A stretch of DNA of 64,000 nucleotides from Lama glama (Eukaryota): positions 8,558,001 to 8,622,000 of the forward strand of contig CM052816.1 in NCBI GenBank assembly GCA_028534125.1, in the 5' to 3' direction. Under the pieces are notes generated by a model. It was not told the origin of the DNA. It saw only the letters and a list, made by a program, of their open reading frames with translations, and ran no database searches. How positions within the stretch are numbered: the stretch's first letter is position 1; every line of letters begins with the position of its first letter. Positions 50,131 to 62,199 of the stretch are shown here, one piece after another. The translations under genes and the position numbers were made by a program.

Positions 50131-50899
50131 TCTAGTTCTGCTGACCCTCAGAATTCAGACCCCAGGCTGAGTCCATCACTGAAACCAGCCGATAACACTT
50201 CTCTGGTTGTCCCACAGCTGGATCCTGGAAATTTTACTGTGAGGTAATCTGGGCAACGGAGGTCTCTTTTCTCATTCTGGGGTAGGTTCTAAATTCCCCT
50301 CCTTCCTCTCATGCTTTTGTCCTCACCGTCACGCCCACGCCCACTCTGCTCTCCCCACCGACTTGATCCACTAATCTGGGCCCACTTTGGCTCCAGGGAG
50401 AGAAGCTTCCGGCAAGATACAATCATTGTCCTCTAGGCTCACCTCTAAGGCTGTCCTGGCCTGGGACCACCCCACCTCCACCCCCCGAGGTGGGAGATTG
50501 CCACATTTCTGCTGGGGGCTGGTCCACAAAGTGCAAGCCAGGCAGCCACTCCCTCGGCCACCAGGACAAAGAGCAAGTGCTGGAGGCCCTGGGTGCTGCT
50601 GAGCAGGTACCTGTGGCTACACCCACGGGACAGGGAGGAGCTGTTGCCCAACCCCAAGGAGAAAGTAGTGTGAGGTCACCAGGTAACTGGGGCATGACTC
50701 CTTGGGGGCAGGACACTGCTGGACTCCTGGGGGCTTGCGTGTAGCTTGGTCAGTAGAGAAGCTATACCCCCAGCCCCACCACTCACCCTCTGAGCCTCAG
50801 GTCCGCATCTGAAGACTGGGGCTTTATCTCCTGGGGTAACTGGGAGAGTTAAGTGAAGTCAGCACAGTACCTGTACAGATTAAGGGCTCAACAAAAACT

Positions 50900-51260
50900 G
50901 AATCGATTCACTCAAGGCATATTCACTGAATGCCAACCATATGTCAGGCCCTAGGCTATGTTCTGGGCATACAGTGAGAACCAGATAGGCAATGTCCAGT
51001 CCTGGTAAGCGCTTCCTTTCCCATAGGGGCAACAGGCAATCAATGAGGTACAAATTAATAAACAAGAAAGTATCTGGCATACTTAGGTGCCTTAAAGAAA
51101 AGAGAACATGGTACCGCCATAGGAGGTGGCCAGAGCAGGAGCATCAGGGAAGGCGTCTCCAAGGAGATGGTCTCAGCAGATCTGGAGGTGAGGGGGCAGC
51201 AAGCCATGGTGATGCCTGGGAAGAGCATTCAGAGCAGCATGTGCAAAGGCCCCACTACAC
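50900..51260 (-). mobile_element. L2 LINE 3' fragment, preceded by a plus-strand MIR at ~50770-50895
   Basis: 'attcactcaaggcatattcactgaatgccaaccatatgtcaggccctagg...gcagcatgtgcaaaggccc'. Confidence 0.75.
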
Positions 51261-51879
51261 TAGCTGGAAGATTACTTCTGTTATCACTGGAACCACACCC
51301 TGTCCTCTGCATAGAAGCAGCACGTATAGCTGGGAGAACAGCTGCCTGGGCATTAGGAGAAGTGAGTTCTAGTCCTCAACCACCACGTGGCCTGGGACCA
51401 TGCCTAGCACCCGCTGACCTTTAGGGGTCTAGAGATGGTTTGCATTCCCTCAGGCTCCCTGCTTTTCTTCCTCTTCTAACCCACCCACCTCTTGAAGTAA
51501 TCATGGTCCCCACCTCTGGAGTTGGCCCAGAAGTGGGTGTGTGGCTGCGGATCAAGGAAGACAGGTATCAGGATAGAGATAAACGTGTGAAAACTGATTT
51601 GCTGCAGAATCCTATCAGATCACTCTCTGGGGCTCCACTTCCCATCGGGAAAATGGGAATACTCCTCTCTGGCTTAGGACAAGATGTGAAGATCAACTAG
51701 AAATGACAGATAAGGAAGCCAACCGTCCTGCTTTACACAGGCATCATAAAGGGTCCTTCTATCTGCTTCTCAGTCATTTGGAACCTGTGCTCTGGACTCA
51801 GGCAGAAAGGACAGAGAAGGGAGGGGACGACAGAGATAATGCCAGACACTCCACAAATAGTACCTGATTGTTTAGGACC

Positions 51880-52047
51880 AAAGCAGGGGTGTCTTGAGAG
51901 AGAGCTTTTGAAAAACATAGAAGCTTAAGGGCCTGCTCTCAAAGATCTTCATTCACTAAGGCTGGGATGGCCCCAGACGCATAATTATTATTTTTTTTAA
52001 CCACACAGTTGTACACTCTGATATGCACTCATGGCTGAGAACTACTG
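51880..52047. mobile_element. MER5-like hAT-Charlie MITE
   Basis: 'agcttttgaaaaacataga...ctctgatatgcactcatggctgagaactactg'. Confidence 0.55.
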
Positions 52048-53389
52048 ATTAGTTCTACAAACTTGGGACAGGAGGAGCTATTCTTATTCCCATTTGGGGC
52101 CGGCTGACTAGAGCACAGAGCAGTGAACTCCTCGGGTCACACAGCTAACATTCATAAAGCTAAGATTTAAACCAGACAGTCTGCTCTCATTAATCACGAG
52201 GCCACATGGTTTCTTGAGGCCAATCAGCATGTGCTACATGCTCTTTCCACGACTTCGTGCAGCCTTGGAAATACAAAGGACAACATCTCACTTTAGGAGA
52301 CCACGTTAACTTTCAAAGAAAGTTTTATGGCTACACTAACTCCTTCATCTGGCATGGTTGAGGAATACTGTGTGCTCACAGTGAGCAAGTTTATAGATAA
52401 CTTTATAACTTTTCCTGTTTTTGACAGATTTCCTATTTTAGACAATAAAATACATACCTCAAAATACATTTCACTCCTTCCTGCTTCCTCGAACAGAGAA
52501 CACTGATCAGAATATACCTTTCTTCAGGGATGACACACTGTCTCTATGACAGATTAACTTCATACTTTTGTACAGTAATGTATTCACGACAAGGGGACTC
52601 CTCACCCCTTCACTAAAAGGTCCCAGGCTGCTTTCAGTGCTGGTGGAAATGCACCCCTTCCCCATGCTTGCACAGACACACACTAATAAAACTGGCTTGC
52701 TGCTTCCAGTGTCATGAGGCTTGGACAGGACTGCCAAGCTTGTAAGAACTGTGTATAAACTGAGTGAATTGGCCCTAGGTAGGAAGGGTGAGGGGTGATC
52801 TTATGTGGAACAGACTGTCTTGAGGGGATTCCAAACAAAGGATGGATATGGCTTGCAGTGAATCCTCTTGGGCTGGACAGGGCAGTCACTGGTCCCTGAA
52901 TGATCCCTTCCCTCCTTCTTCCCCTGGAGCGGAGGTCGGCCTGCCCAGTCCCTCTAGAATAAGCGGCTGGGCTATGGACATGAGGCCAAGTGTTAAAGTG
53001 TTGGTTTTAATCTCCCTGGAAGGTGGAGGGATGTTTGACCAAATACCTCCCTGTAGATACTAAGACTCCTGGAGCTCTGAGCCACTCCCCAGTTGGGCTA
53101 GAGCAATGCCTTGAAACAGACTAGATTCCTGACAGCGGGTTTAACATTCCATAAAGACCTGCCTGCCCACTGGAGGCGTGTTCTGATAGAGGTTCTGGAG
53201 GCTCCAAAAAATGGCTTTGATTCGTTTGTGTGCAGGCTTATCTCGGAGACAAGCGCAGTGGGCTCCTTGTGGGGACTAGTACAATCCCCCCATATTTCCC
53301 TCACCCAGACCTCCTAGCCAGTGCCAAGCACAAAGAAGGGACTTCTGGGGCCAGGCAAATGGTTGGTGACTTTTATGAAAGATCAAACA

Positions 53390-53640
53390 GCATTTGTTCA
53401 TTCAGTCATTCAACAGGTATTTATTGGAAGCCTACAGTGTACCAGCCACTGTCAAGGCACTAGGAGATCTGCTGGTGAACCAGCTTGATGAGATCCGTTT
53501 CCTTAGGGAGCTGGGTCCTGACTGGGCAGAGAAGAGGGAACAGTAAAGAATAAACACATAAACAAAGGTTAGCACAGGCTGGGACCAGAGTTTTGCATTT
53601 AACAAGGCTCCAGGGAAGGCCAAGGATGGAGATGAACCTG
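53390..53640 (-). mobile_element. L2 LINE 3' fragment
   Basis: 'ttcattcagtcattcaacaggtatttattggaagcctacagtgtaccagccactgt'. Confidence 0.75.
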
Positions 53641-53889
53641 GCACACAGTGGGCCCAGGATGAATAGATGTATGTTCCTCAAGCAAATCTTCCCCTAAAGC
53701 AAATCCTCTTCTGCGACCCCATCTCAGCTACAGGGACGCCACGCTGAGCCCCTTGCTCTCTGTGCCTTCTCTCCCACGGCCCACTCACTTCCACAGAGCC
53801 CCCCGGCTAAGGCCAAGTTTCGATGCCTCCTTCCTGCTGTCCATCACCCACATTCCAGTTCTTTCTACATGCTCAGCCAGATGAGTCAC

Positions 53890-54150
53890 ATTGCAGCGGT
53901 AAAGACCATGTGCCCTGAAGCCAAGCAGACCTAGGTTCAAATCCCAGACTTCCCACTATCTGTCTGGATGATTTGGGCAAGTCACTGAACTTCTTGCAGC
54001 CTTAGTTTTCTGGTTTGTCATGGTTTCTTAGTTGTCTGGCTTATCTCACCAGGTCACTGAGGTTTAAACAAGATAATGTACCTGAAGGTCTTAGCTTACT
54101 ACCTGCCTGGCACATATTAAGTGGTTATTAAATGTTAGCTATTTTCTATA
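53890..54150 (+). mobile_element. MIR SINE, near full length
   Basis: 'gcggtaaagaccatgtgccctgaagccaagcagacctaggttcaaatcccagact...ttgggcaagtcactgaac...cctggcacatattaagtggttattaaatgttagctatt'. Confidence 0.85.
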
Positions 54151-55459
54151 CTATGATTAGTAACAATACTAATGAAAACCTTTGCTGACTCCTCATCTGG
54201 ACATTCAGAGCTCTTCCTTTTAGCAGTTTCTCTGTGTGTTTTCTTTTGGGTGGCTGAAGGGCAGGCAGAATCTAATCAGGGTGATAGGATACAGACTGAA
54301 GGCAGAGCACGCGAGTGTCTGTAACTGACTATGGGATCACAGAGCAAAATGGGGCCGCTTCTGAGAGGGGGATTTAGGAGAGGCAGCACTTGGGCTGAAC
54401 TTGAAGGATCCATTTAGAGATGGGGAGGGGGCACAGACACCTCATGGCAGGGCCAGGGTGCGTGGTACAGAGAAGGAACTGCAGAACAGTACCAGCACTA
54501 CAAACTGGGCAGCCGGCCTCAGTGTACCCGACTGTAACATGGGGATAGCAGTGGGGAATACTTCACGGCATTCTCCTGAGATTAAATATGACTGTTCATG
54601 TGAATAATTTAGCACAGGACCTGTCAGAGTAATTGCTTGAAAAGGTTTTCTCATCACCATTATTGCTGAAGGATGTGGTTGAAAATGAGGGCAGCCTAGG
54701 AATACCTAACACCAGAGTCCATGTGAAGAATATTATGTTGTTCTGCTCTTGCAGCAATGGGTAGCATGGTCAACAGTACTGGATGAGTTGATGGACAGAT
54801 GGATAGAGAGGCATTTGAGACCTTGAATGTCATACCCAGGAGCTTGCTTCTGGCAGGTCATGACGGTGGGCCTGCAGATGTTTTGGGCAGGGGCTGCTGT
54901 GGCCTGGGATCACTAGCAGGATGGAGACTGCGCCATCCTCGGTGCTGAGGAGCCAGGGCAGGGCCCTCCCCAGTGTCCTGGGTATCACACTTCTCTGAGA
55001 GGAGCCTGAGACCAGAAATAGAGGCTGAAGCAGCCACGTTGCCAAGGCTGTTTGCCATAGCAACATCAGGGAGCCACTCGTGGGCCGGCTGCTGCAACTG
55101 CTCAGGGCCTGGTTTCTAACGTCTCCTCACTCTCCCTCTGCTAAATGACTCCGTTCTGCCAGGCAAGCACAAGGCAAAAACACGGCTGCAGAGCTGCCGG
55201 AGAGCATCCATCTCAGCCAAGCAAGGCTCGCCCGGCTGAGTTCCCAGACAGTGGGTCCCAGTCAGTTGAGTTCCTACTACGCAGAGCCAGGGTCCTGTCC
55301 TGTCTCTGTTGGGTGATCTGAAGACACTCTCTGTCTGCTCCCTGTCTGTTTCTTCACTTCAAGGTAAGGGCATTGAGCAAGATGGTCTCTAAGGTATGCC
55401 CAACTCCATGAAAGCTCAAGTTTCCCTAGGAGGATTTACATTACCACTGTCATCTCCAT

Positions 55460-55690
55460 AGTGGCTACCATTTATTGAGCACTTACTATGTGTTAGACAA
55501 TATTGCAGGCATATTTATCTTCTGCATTTATTCTAAGAATAGTCTACAATTATCCCAAATTTTACATGAGGCAACTGGAGTCAGAGAGGTTAAGACACGT
55601 GCTCAAGGTCACACAGCTAGTAAAGTGTAGAATGCTGATTTAAACCCTTGGCAGTTAAACTCAAAAGCCCAGAGATCTTAATCACTATCT
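55460..55690 (-). mobile_element. MIR SINE, near full length
   Basis: 'ccatttattgagcacttactatgtg...cagagaggttaagacacgtgctcaaggtcacacagctagtaaag'. Confidence 0.85.
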
Positions 55691-56461
55691 GATGTTTCTT
55701 CTCCTCTCTTCGAGCGGCATCTAATTGAATTTGCTTTCCTAAAAGTCACTGCTGCAGCATTTGGCTAAACCTGGATGGGCTTCCTTTCCAGTTTCCCCAG
55801 AAGTATAAGGGAAAGGAGATCATAATACTAGAAACTTCAAGGCCTAGACAGGATCAAGGACCTAGAATTCAGTGGGAAGATAAGTAGCAAGGTCTGCATT
55901 ATATTTGTCTGTTTTTAATATTAACCTTGGCTCCTACTGATTGAACATTTCTCCACCTTCACAGGCAACATCTCAAGTTGCCTTTACTAAAACCCCTTAA
56001 GGTATGTGCTACTATCAGTCCCATTTCCTAGATAAAAATGCTGAGGTACAAAGAAATCTTGTGTCAAGGCTATAAGGCCTGTGCCAAGCAGAATTCAATC
56101 CTAGGAATCAAAGGCCTCTCAAGCACCAAAACAAATAATGAGAACAAATGTTTTTTTCTTCCCTAAAAGACTAAGCAATAATTACAGGCCTTTGGGGATA
56201 ATTAATCAATGACTTTGCCAATGACTTGTAAAAATCTCTCTGGTCTCCCACTCTAGACCTCTATTCTGGTCTCAGGCTCCTCTCAGATAAGCGTGGTACC
56301 CAGGATACTGGGGTGGGGGGGTGCCTGCAACTCAACTCTGCCCTAAGGAAAGAGCAGGGCAGGGAGCCCTGGAGTCTTGCCACCAGGAACCAGTGCCCAG
56401 CCCAGCTATGTGACCTCAGGCTAGGCCTCTCCTCTCAGCTCTGTCAACACCTGCTGCTGAA

Positions 56462-56488
56462 CCTGTCGCCCTGTCGCCCTGTCGCCCT
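56462..56488. repeat. 8 bp tandem repeat (CCTGTCGC)x3.4
   Basis: cctgtcgc cctgtcgc cctgtcgc cct. Confidence 0.95.
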
Positions 56489-56869
56489 TAAGGGGTGGTC
56501 CTGAGCGCCAAATGAGAAAACGCAAGGTCAGTTGCAAGGGTAGTGGTTGGAGTCCTATGGATCAGTGAGAGCAGGAAAAGTACTGCCTGTGCTGGGTGGT
56601 GGTGGGCTGCCCTCCAGGGTCTCACAGCCACTACAAAGCCCAGCCACCCTGAGCAACAATGTCTCTCCAAGGTGTATCCATCTTGTCCCTCCCCCAGAGC
56701 CAAGACCCATCCTCCCCCCAAGTCCTGATACTGGAAAATAACTAGTCGAGGAGTCAGGGACCTGGGTCTCCTCCAGCTATGTGGCTTCTCCTTCTGTGCC
56801 TCAGTGTCCTGTCTTCTAGTAGACCTGATGTGCTCCAAGGGCCCTCCCAAGCTTAGGACAGGGAGCTGT

Positions 56870-57260
56870 TCAGCGGCCAAGGTTCAAATCCCAGGTTAGA
56901 CACTTGCTAGCTCCAAGACCCTGAATGACTTACCTAACCCCTCTGTGCCTCAATTTCGTCACTTACAAAATAGGAAAAACAGAACCAACTTCACAATTAC
57001 TGTTAGAAACCCATGCAACAGTACTCACAAGTCTCTTCACAGGTACACAATGAAACAGTCACAGATGACATGATGGGGAATGTGGGTGGATGAACAAGCG
57101 TGGCCATTGGTCCAAAACGACTGAAGCTAGGTGACGGGGGCATGGAGATCCCCTATACCCATCCTGCCGCTGGCTCCTTCTGTATGTATTTGACATTTTC
57201 CATGGTGAAATGTTTAAACTACATACAAAGTTCCTTGCAGAGAGCCTGACACCTAATCAT
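56870..57260 (+). mobile_element. MIR with an inserted old L1 (L1MC-like) 3' tail at ~57050-57218
   Basis: MIR: 'ggttcaaatcccagg...taacccctctgtgcctcaatttcgtcac'. L1 tail: 'gaagctaggtgacgggggcatggag...tgtatgtatttgacattttccat'. Confidence 0.6.
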
Positions 57261-57819
57261 ATAAAACATTCTTCTGCTCAAAAACTCATCTATTTAATGG
57301 GTAACCACAATGCTAGGCCAGGATAAAAATATTTTTTCTTGCCCTCTCTGAGCCGTCAACCTAGTTGTAGGGATAAAAGCACGCAGGCACCAGCGGATAG
57401 CTATGGCACCCTCCACGTCAGGGGCAGAGGCACAACAGTGCACTTAAAAGGCTTTCCAGAGCGGTCAGGTGTGGAAAGGGGCTTGAAATGCAGGTAAGCT
57501 ATGGGTGTATTAAAATGCTGAAGGTGGAGGTGTGGGAAGGATATTCCAGGTCATTCCACAAGGATTTGTCAGTTTGGCCCTTCTTAGGGAGACATGGACT
57601 GAAGATACAAACCGAGAGGCTGTGTCTGCTCTGAAGAGGCTCACAGTCTAGTATGTTTGTGCACTCAGTGAGGATTTTGAATGGCTACTGTGTCCCAGGC
57701 ACTTGTCTATTCATCGTGGAGAAAAAATGGTCAAGGAAGCAAAGAAAAATCCTTGCCCTCATGGAGCTTAATCTGGAGCGATTTCCTCAACACTTAATGA
57801 GACCTATGTTAGAAGAGAC

Positions 57820-58050
57820 ATATCTATTTATTTGGTGCTTATAGGCCATGCATTGTGACAGGCCCCTTAAATCCGTTTTGTCTTTTGATTTTTCACTGAC
57901 TCCTGGAAAGTCTTATCCGGGAAGTACTACTTATCAGTATCTTTACACATGAGGAAACAGAGGTTCGGGAGAGGTCATGTGACCCACCAAAGGCAGTAAA
58001 CCACAGAACCAGGACTCAAATCCAAGCAGGCTGACTTCAAAGTGAGTGCA
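57820..58050 (-). mobile_element. MIR SINE
   Basis: 'tttacacatgaggaaacagaggttcgggagaggtcatgtgaccc...aggactcaaatccaagcaggctgacttcaaag'. Confidence 0.8.
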
Positions 58051-59029
58051 CACTGTCACATATGGGAAGGAGCGGTTGTACCTGGAGGTGAGGAGGCGTC
58101 ACCAAAATGATGGCCTGAGAGCTGAGTCTTGTGGGATGCATAATGGAAACAGCGGGAACAGAGAAAGAAGAGACAGAAGACAACAGCAAGAGCCTATGCT
58201 TCCAGGGAGAGGGTTCATGATGTAGCCTGAGGTGGGCCAGGATCCCAAAGGGAAAGCAGACAACTCGGGATAAAATCGGGGGTCTAACTCTCCAACTTCA
58301 AGTATCCGAAGGCCCTTGAACATGAGGTTAAACTTGAGACTTTAAAAGTCCTGGGGAGCCCTGGGTGACCTGTGAGCAAGGGAGGGACATCAGACATGCA
58401 CTCTAGGAGGACTGATCCGCCACCAGGGCTGAGGACAAGCAGGAGGGGGCAAAATCTGGTGTGGCAAGGATCTGTTTGGTAGTAGATGCAGGAATCCAAT
58501 TCTGCATGGATAAGAACCTAGACCAGAGAAGGCGGAGAGGAACAGAAAAGTCAATCCAATCCTATTGATTCTGCATCAGCTGAGTGTCCACAGGATGGAT
58601 GTGAGGCATTCAACTATGCTGGAGAAGGAGATATAGTAAACAACCCCGCTCATTCTCTTCCAAATGACTTTATTTGGGTTCCCTTCACCCTCATGTAACA
58701 AGAATTATGCTTCCTTTTCTTACATAAAAAAGATGGCACAGATGGGAGTTAGCTCTATCTTTGACCTTGCCCTCCCACAGTGCTTCAAAGAGAGAAAACG
58801 TCTACATTTTGTGAACAGCAGACTGATGCTCATTTTATATACATTAAATTATTTAATTCCCAATCCTGAGAGTTAGGGCCTAATAGCCCCATTTCATAGA
58901 TTGGGAAACAGAGGCCTAGAGTAGAAGGACTTAGGAGTTGTGCCTTCTCTCTACACAATTTACCCTCATTTGCTCAAGGTACTGGAAATAAAATGATGAA
59001 CAGAAATAGAGTAGTCCCTGTCTTCATGG

Positions 59030-59280
59030 AGCTTGGAGTCAAGAGGCCTGGGGACCTCACCCACGATCCTGGTTCTTCTACTCACTTGAAGGTAGTAGAC
59101 GTAGGTTGTCTTCAGCAAGTCAGTGAGTTTCTCTGACACTGTGAACTCCTCATCTGCAAAATGGGAATAACAGCACCTACACTTTGTAGGATCTTTGTGA
59201 GAATGAAATATAATAATGCAAATAGAAGGCTCAGCAGAGTGCAGAGCACCTAGAGGATGCTCCATAAACGGCATTGATGA
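59030..59280 (+). mobile_element. MIR SINE
   Basis: 'ctcctcatctgcaaaatgggaataacagcacctacactttgtaggatctttgtgagaatgaaat'. Confidence 0.8.
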
Positions 59281-59919
59281 TGACAGTGATGCAGAAGGAG
59301 ACAGCTGTTAACAATGCAATGCTCTCGTGTTAGGGACTCACTTCCAAGCCCAAGCCCAAGCCCCCATTTGCAAGGCTGCTTCTGACTCAAACCAGTATTC
59401 CTTCTATTGTTTCAGAGAGAAGGGAAAGGGTGACTCACATCCTGGCAATGGTGGAGCTTCTGGCTGGCCTGCACCAGCTGGGGAGAGGAGGGTCCCAGGG
59501 TGAAGGGGAAATATGAGCCCCCAGGGCCCAGTAGCTGGGCCATAGCCTTTCCTGGGTTTTACAAGCATCCTGATCATTAGCACCAACCAGGGAGCTCCAG
59601 TGAAAGTGGATCCTGGGCCACCAGTAAACAAAGCCAGCAAACGTGTCCCCTCCCAGGCTGGGGTAAAGAAGTTATTCCCCTGGGCCTCACACAGGTGAAG
59701 AGTGGACAAAGGCACCCAGCAGAGGTTGCACTGTAGCCTGCCCGTACAGATGGCCAGAACTGTAACTAGGAAAAGAAGTTAGTCCCAGCCTCAGTGGCTG
59801 TGGAGGCAGCAACGTTTCAAACCTAGCAAGTTAACACTTAGACTTCAAGCCACTTTCCCCAGTCTCCATGTAGCAAGGGCCCCTCCTGGGCACTCAGATC
59901 CAGGTTTACAACAATGAGG

Positions 59920-60705
59920 AGACAGGATACCAAATGCCAAATGGGCCAAGTTCACCAATATGACATTTCACAGAATAGAACTGCAAATGGCCCACAATCA
60001 TACGGGGGAAAGGTTCAGGATCACAAGTCCTCAAAGAAATGCACATTAAAACGACAGGGATGGACAAAGTTTATTGATGAACAAACTGGTAAATATGAAA
60101 AACAATTAAAATACCAAGAGTTATCTGGGTGTAGAGAACCAGGCATTCCCACACAGTGCTGGTGTATAAATTAGTACAATCTTTCTAGAAGGCAATCCAG
60201 AAATATGTTTACCAAACGCCTGCATAGTTCCTTTGACAGAGTAATTTCATTTCTAGGAATTTAAATGAAGAAAAGAAGACATATGCAAAGATATTCATTT
60301 CAGCATGGCTTACAATAGCAAAAAAAATTATAAGCTACTTAAGTGAGTAACAATACAGGATTGATAACATGCATTTTGGTTCAACCCCTCAATACTATAT
60401 AACCATTAAGATATTAAGTAGAATATTTATTGATGTGGAAAGACAGGCACAGCGTATTGTTTGGAGGAGGGAAAAAAGCAAATTACAACAGTGTGATTTC
60501 AAGTTACAATCAGTTTATAAAGAATGATTCTACTTTGGTACAAAAGATATAATCAATAGAAATCAATAGGAAAGAAAAAGTCTGGAAATATATCCCCTAT
60601 GCAAATTAATTGTGGTTATGTTAGGGTAAGACGACATATTTTCAATTTTTTTTAATGTTTGCCATTATTTTCTAACAATTCTATCATTAAATATTTTTAA
60701 ATGAT
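59920..60705 (+). mobile_element. Old L1ME-type fragment: ORF2 C-terminal remnant plus 3' UTR
   Basis: 'tcaaagaaatgcacattaaaac', 'tgctggtgtataaattagtacaatctttctagaaggcaat', 'ctttgacagagtaatttcatttctaggaattta'. Confidence 0.8.
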
Positions 60706-61559
60706 AAGCAGTTGGACCCGATGATTTGTGAAGTTCCTGCCAACTCTGACATTTTGGGCATCTATGACTGATGCCCCAAGCAACTTCAAACAACCCATAT
60801 TTAGCGTGGGCTTACTGTGTGGCCTTTGGAGCCTAAGTCATTGCCCACAGCTGCAGCCCTCTGCATTCCTCTCTCCCCATACTCGCTGCCCAGCTGTCTT
60901 CCCAGCCAGCCTGAGAGCTCCCCCTTGTCTGTCATTCCTGTGCCTAGCCAAGAGCAAAGGAACTCAGCAGGGTGACAGGTGCCATGGGGGGCACAAAGAG
61001 ATGAAAGGCACAACTCTAGTTCGAGAATCTTACTGGGTCACAGGACTAATACACAAAGTGCTTGGTTGTGTAACACAGACGAAGAAAACCAGAAGAGAGA
61101 GAAAGCAGGACGAGCTGGGCTGGGGAGGCCTGCTAGAGGACAGCGCCATGCAGGAATGGTGGGTGAGGACTCTGCAGGCCAGGGGCACAGCCTGAGCAAA
61201 GTGAAGCCAACCCAAAGTCCTTCCGGATACAAGCCCCAAACCTTTCCAAGAAGCTTTCACAATCTTGGTCTGCTGAATTTCTGAACTTTGGCCTGAATGG
61301 GTAAAAGTTAAGTCTCCTAAACGCAAGTCCTCCCTCTATCTAACCCTGGATTAGCCATCAAAGACAAGTCTTTGAGATAAAGACAACAAATACTTTTTAC
61401 TCACTCTCCCCACCCCTTCCAAAGAGGGAGATGGAGGACAGGAGGGTCAGGCAGGGTCTGGGGGGAAGAGAGGAAGTTGCAGGAACAACCAGACATCTCA
61501 CATGCAAACAGTGCTCACCCCCACCACCAGGCCATTGGCTTCTCTTGCTAGCACCACCA

Positions 61560-61805
61560 GCCCCATTTGACAGATGGAGGAAAGGAGGCTCCGAGAGTTA
61601 AAATGGCTTGCTCCGGGGTCACCCAGCCAGAGAGTGGGGAAGGCGATTCCACTCAGGCCTTCTGACTCCAAGTCCAGTGCTATTTCGAGGTAACACACAG
61701 GACCTGGAGTCAGGAGCCCTGGGTGGCTCTGTCACCCACTGGCTGCGTGGTCCTGTACCAGCCGCTCAGCCCTCACAGCCTCTGTCCCCAACTGTAAAAT
61801 GAGGA
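61560..61805. mobile_element. Two adjacent divergent MIR fragments (minus ~61560-61690, plus ~61690-61805)
   Basis: 'ccccatttgacagatggaggaaaggaggctccgagagttaaaatggcttg' then 'acctggagtcaggagccctggg...ctgtaaaatgagg'. Confidence 0.7.
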
Positions 61806-62199
61806 GGCAGGCGATGGCCCGCCCAGGTCCTCTTTTGGCTGGCTCTATGAGCCTTCTAGGGGCGGTTGCAAAGCTCCCCCTATCAATTACATTTCCCAAG
61901 TTGGGCCGGCAAAGATCATCAGAAGATCCTCTGCCTGTCACGTGGTTAAACAAAAAAAGCAAACGTCCCAGATTAACTTTCACTGCACCGCTTCTACTGA
62001 TACCTGATTACCCAATTTTCTAGTTTCCTTGGGTAAAATACCCCTGCAGGGTAGGCCCGCTGGGCGGCTAAAGGGCAAAAAATTAATTATCGGTGAGCCA
62101 AAGAACACAGAAGATGGAGTTAAAATCTGGCGTAGGGTCCAAAACGGACAAGTTCTTGCTATGGGTCTCTGAACGAGTCTTTGGCTATTTCAGACCTCC

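Noticed and set aside
3400..59040. Apparent switch in L2 orientation (plus on the left, minus on the right) suggesting an inversion
   Set aside because: Minus-strand L2 pieces also occur on the left (~22.0-22.4 kb, ~32.35 kb), and plus-strand ones occur after the third gap.
10030..59440. About a dozen TGA(G/C)TCA AP-1 heptamers across the window
   Set aside because: Roughly 8 are expected by chance in 62 kb, so overall enrichment is not convincing.
61560..61805. Adjacent inverted MIR pairs as dsRNA sources (also ~6.9-7.2 kb and ~18.75-19.3 kb)
   Set aside because: The copies are too diverged for long stable duplexes, and such pairs are expected at this MIR density.
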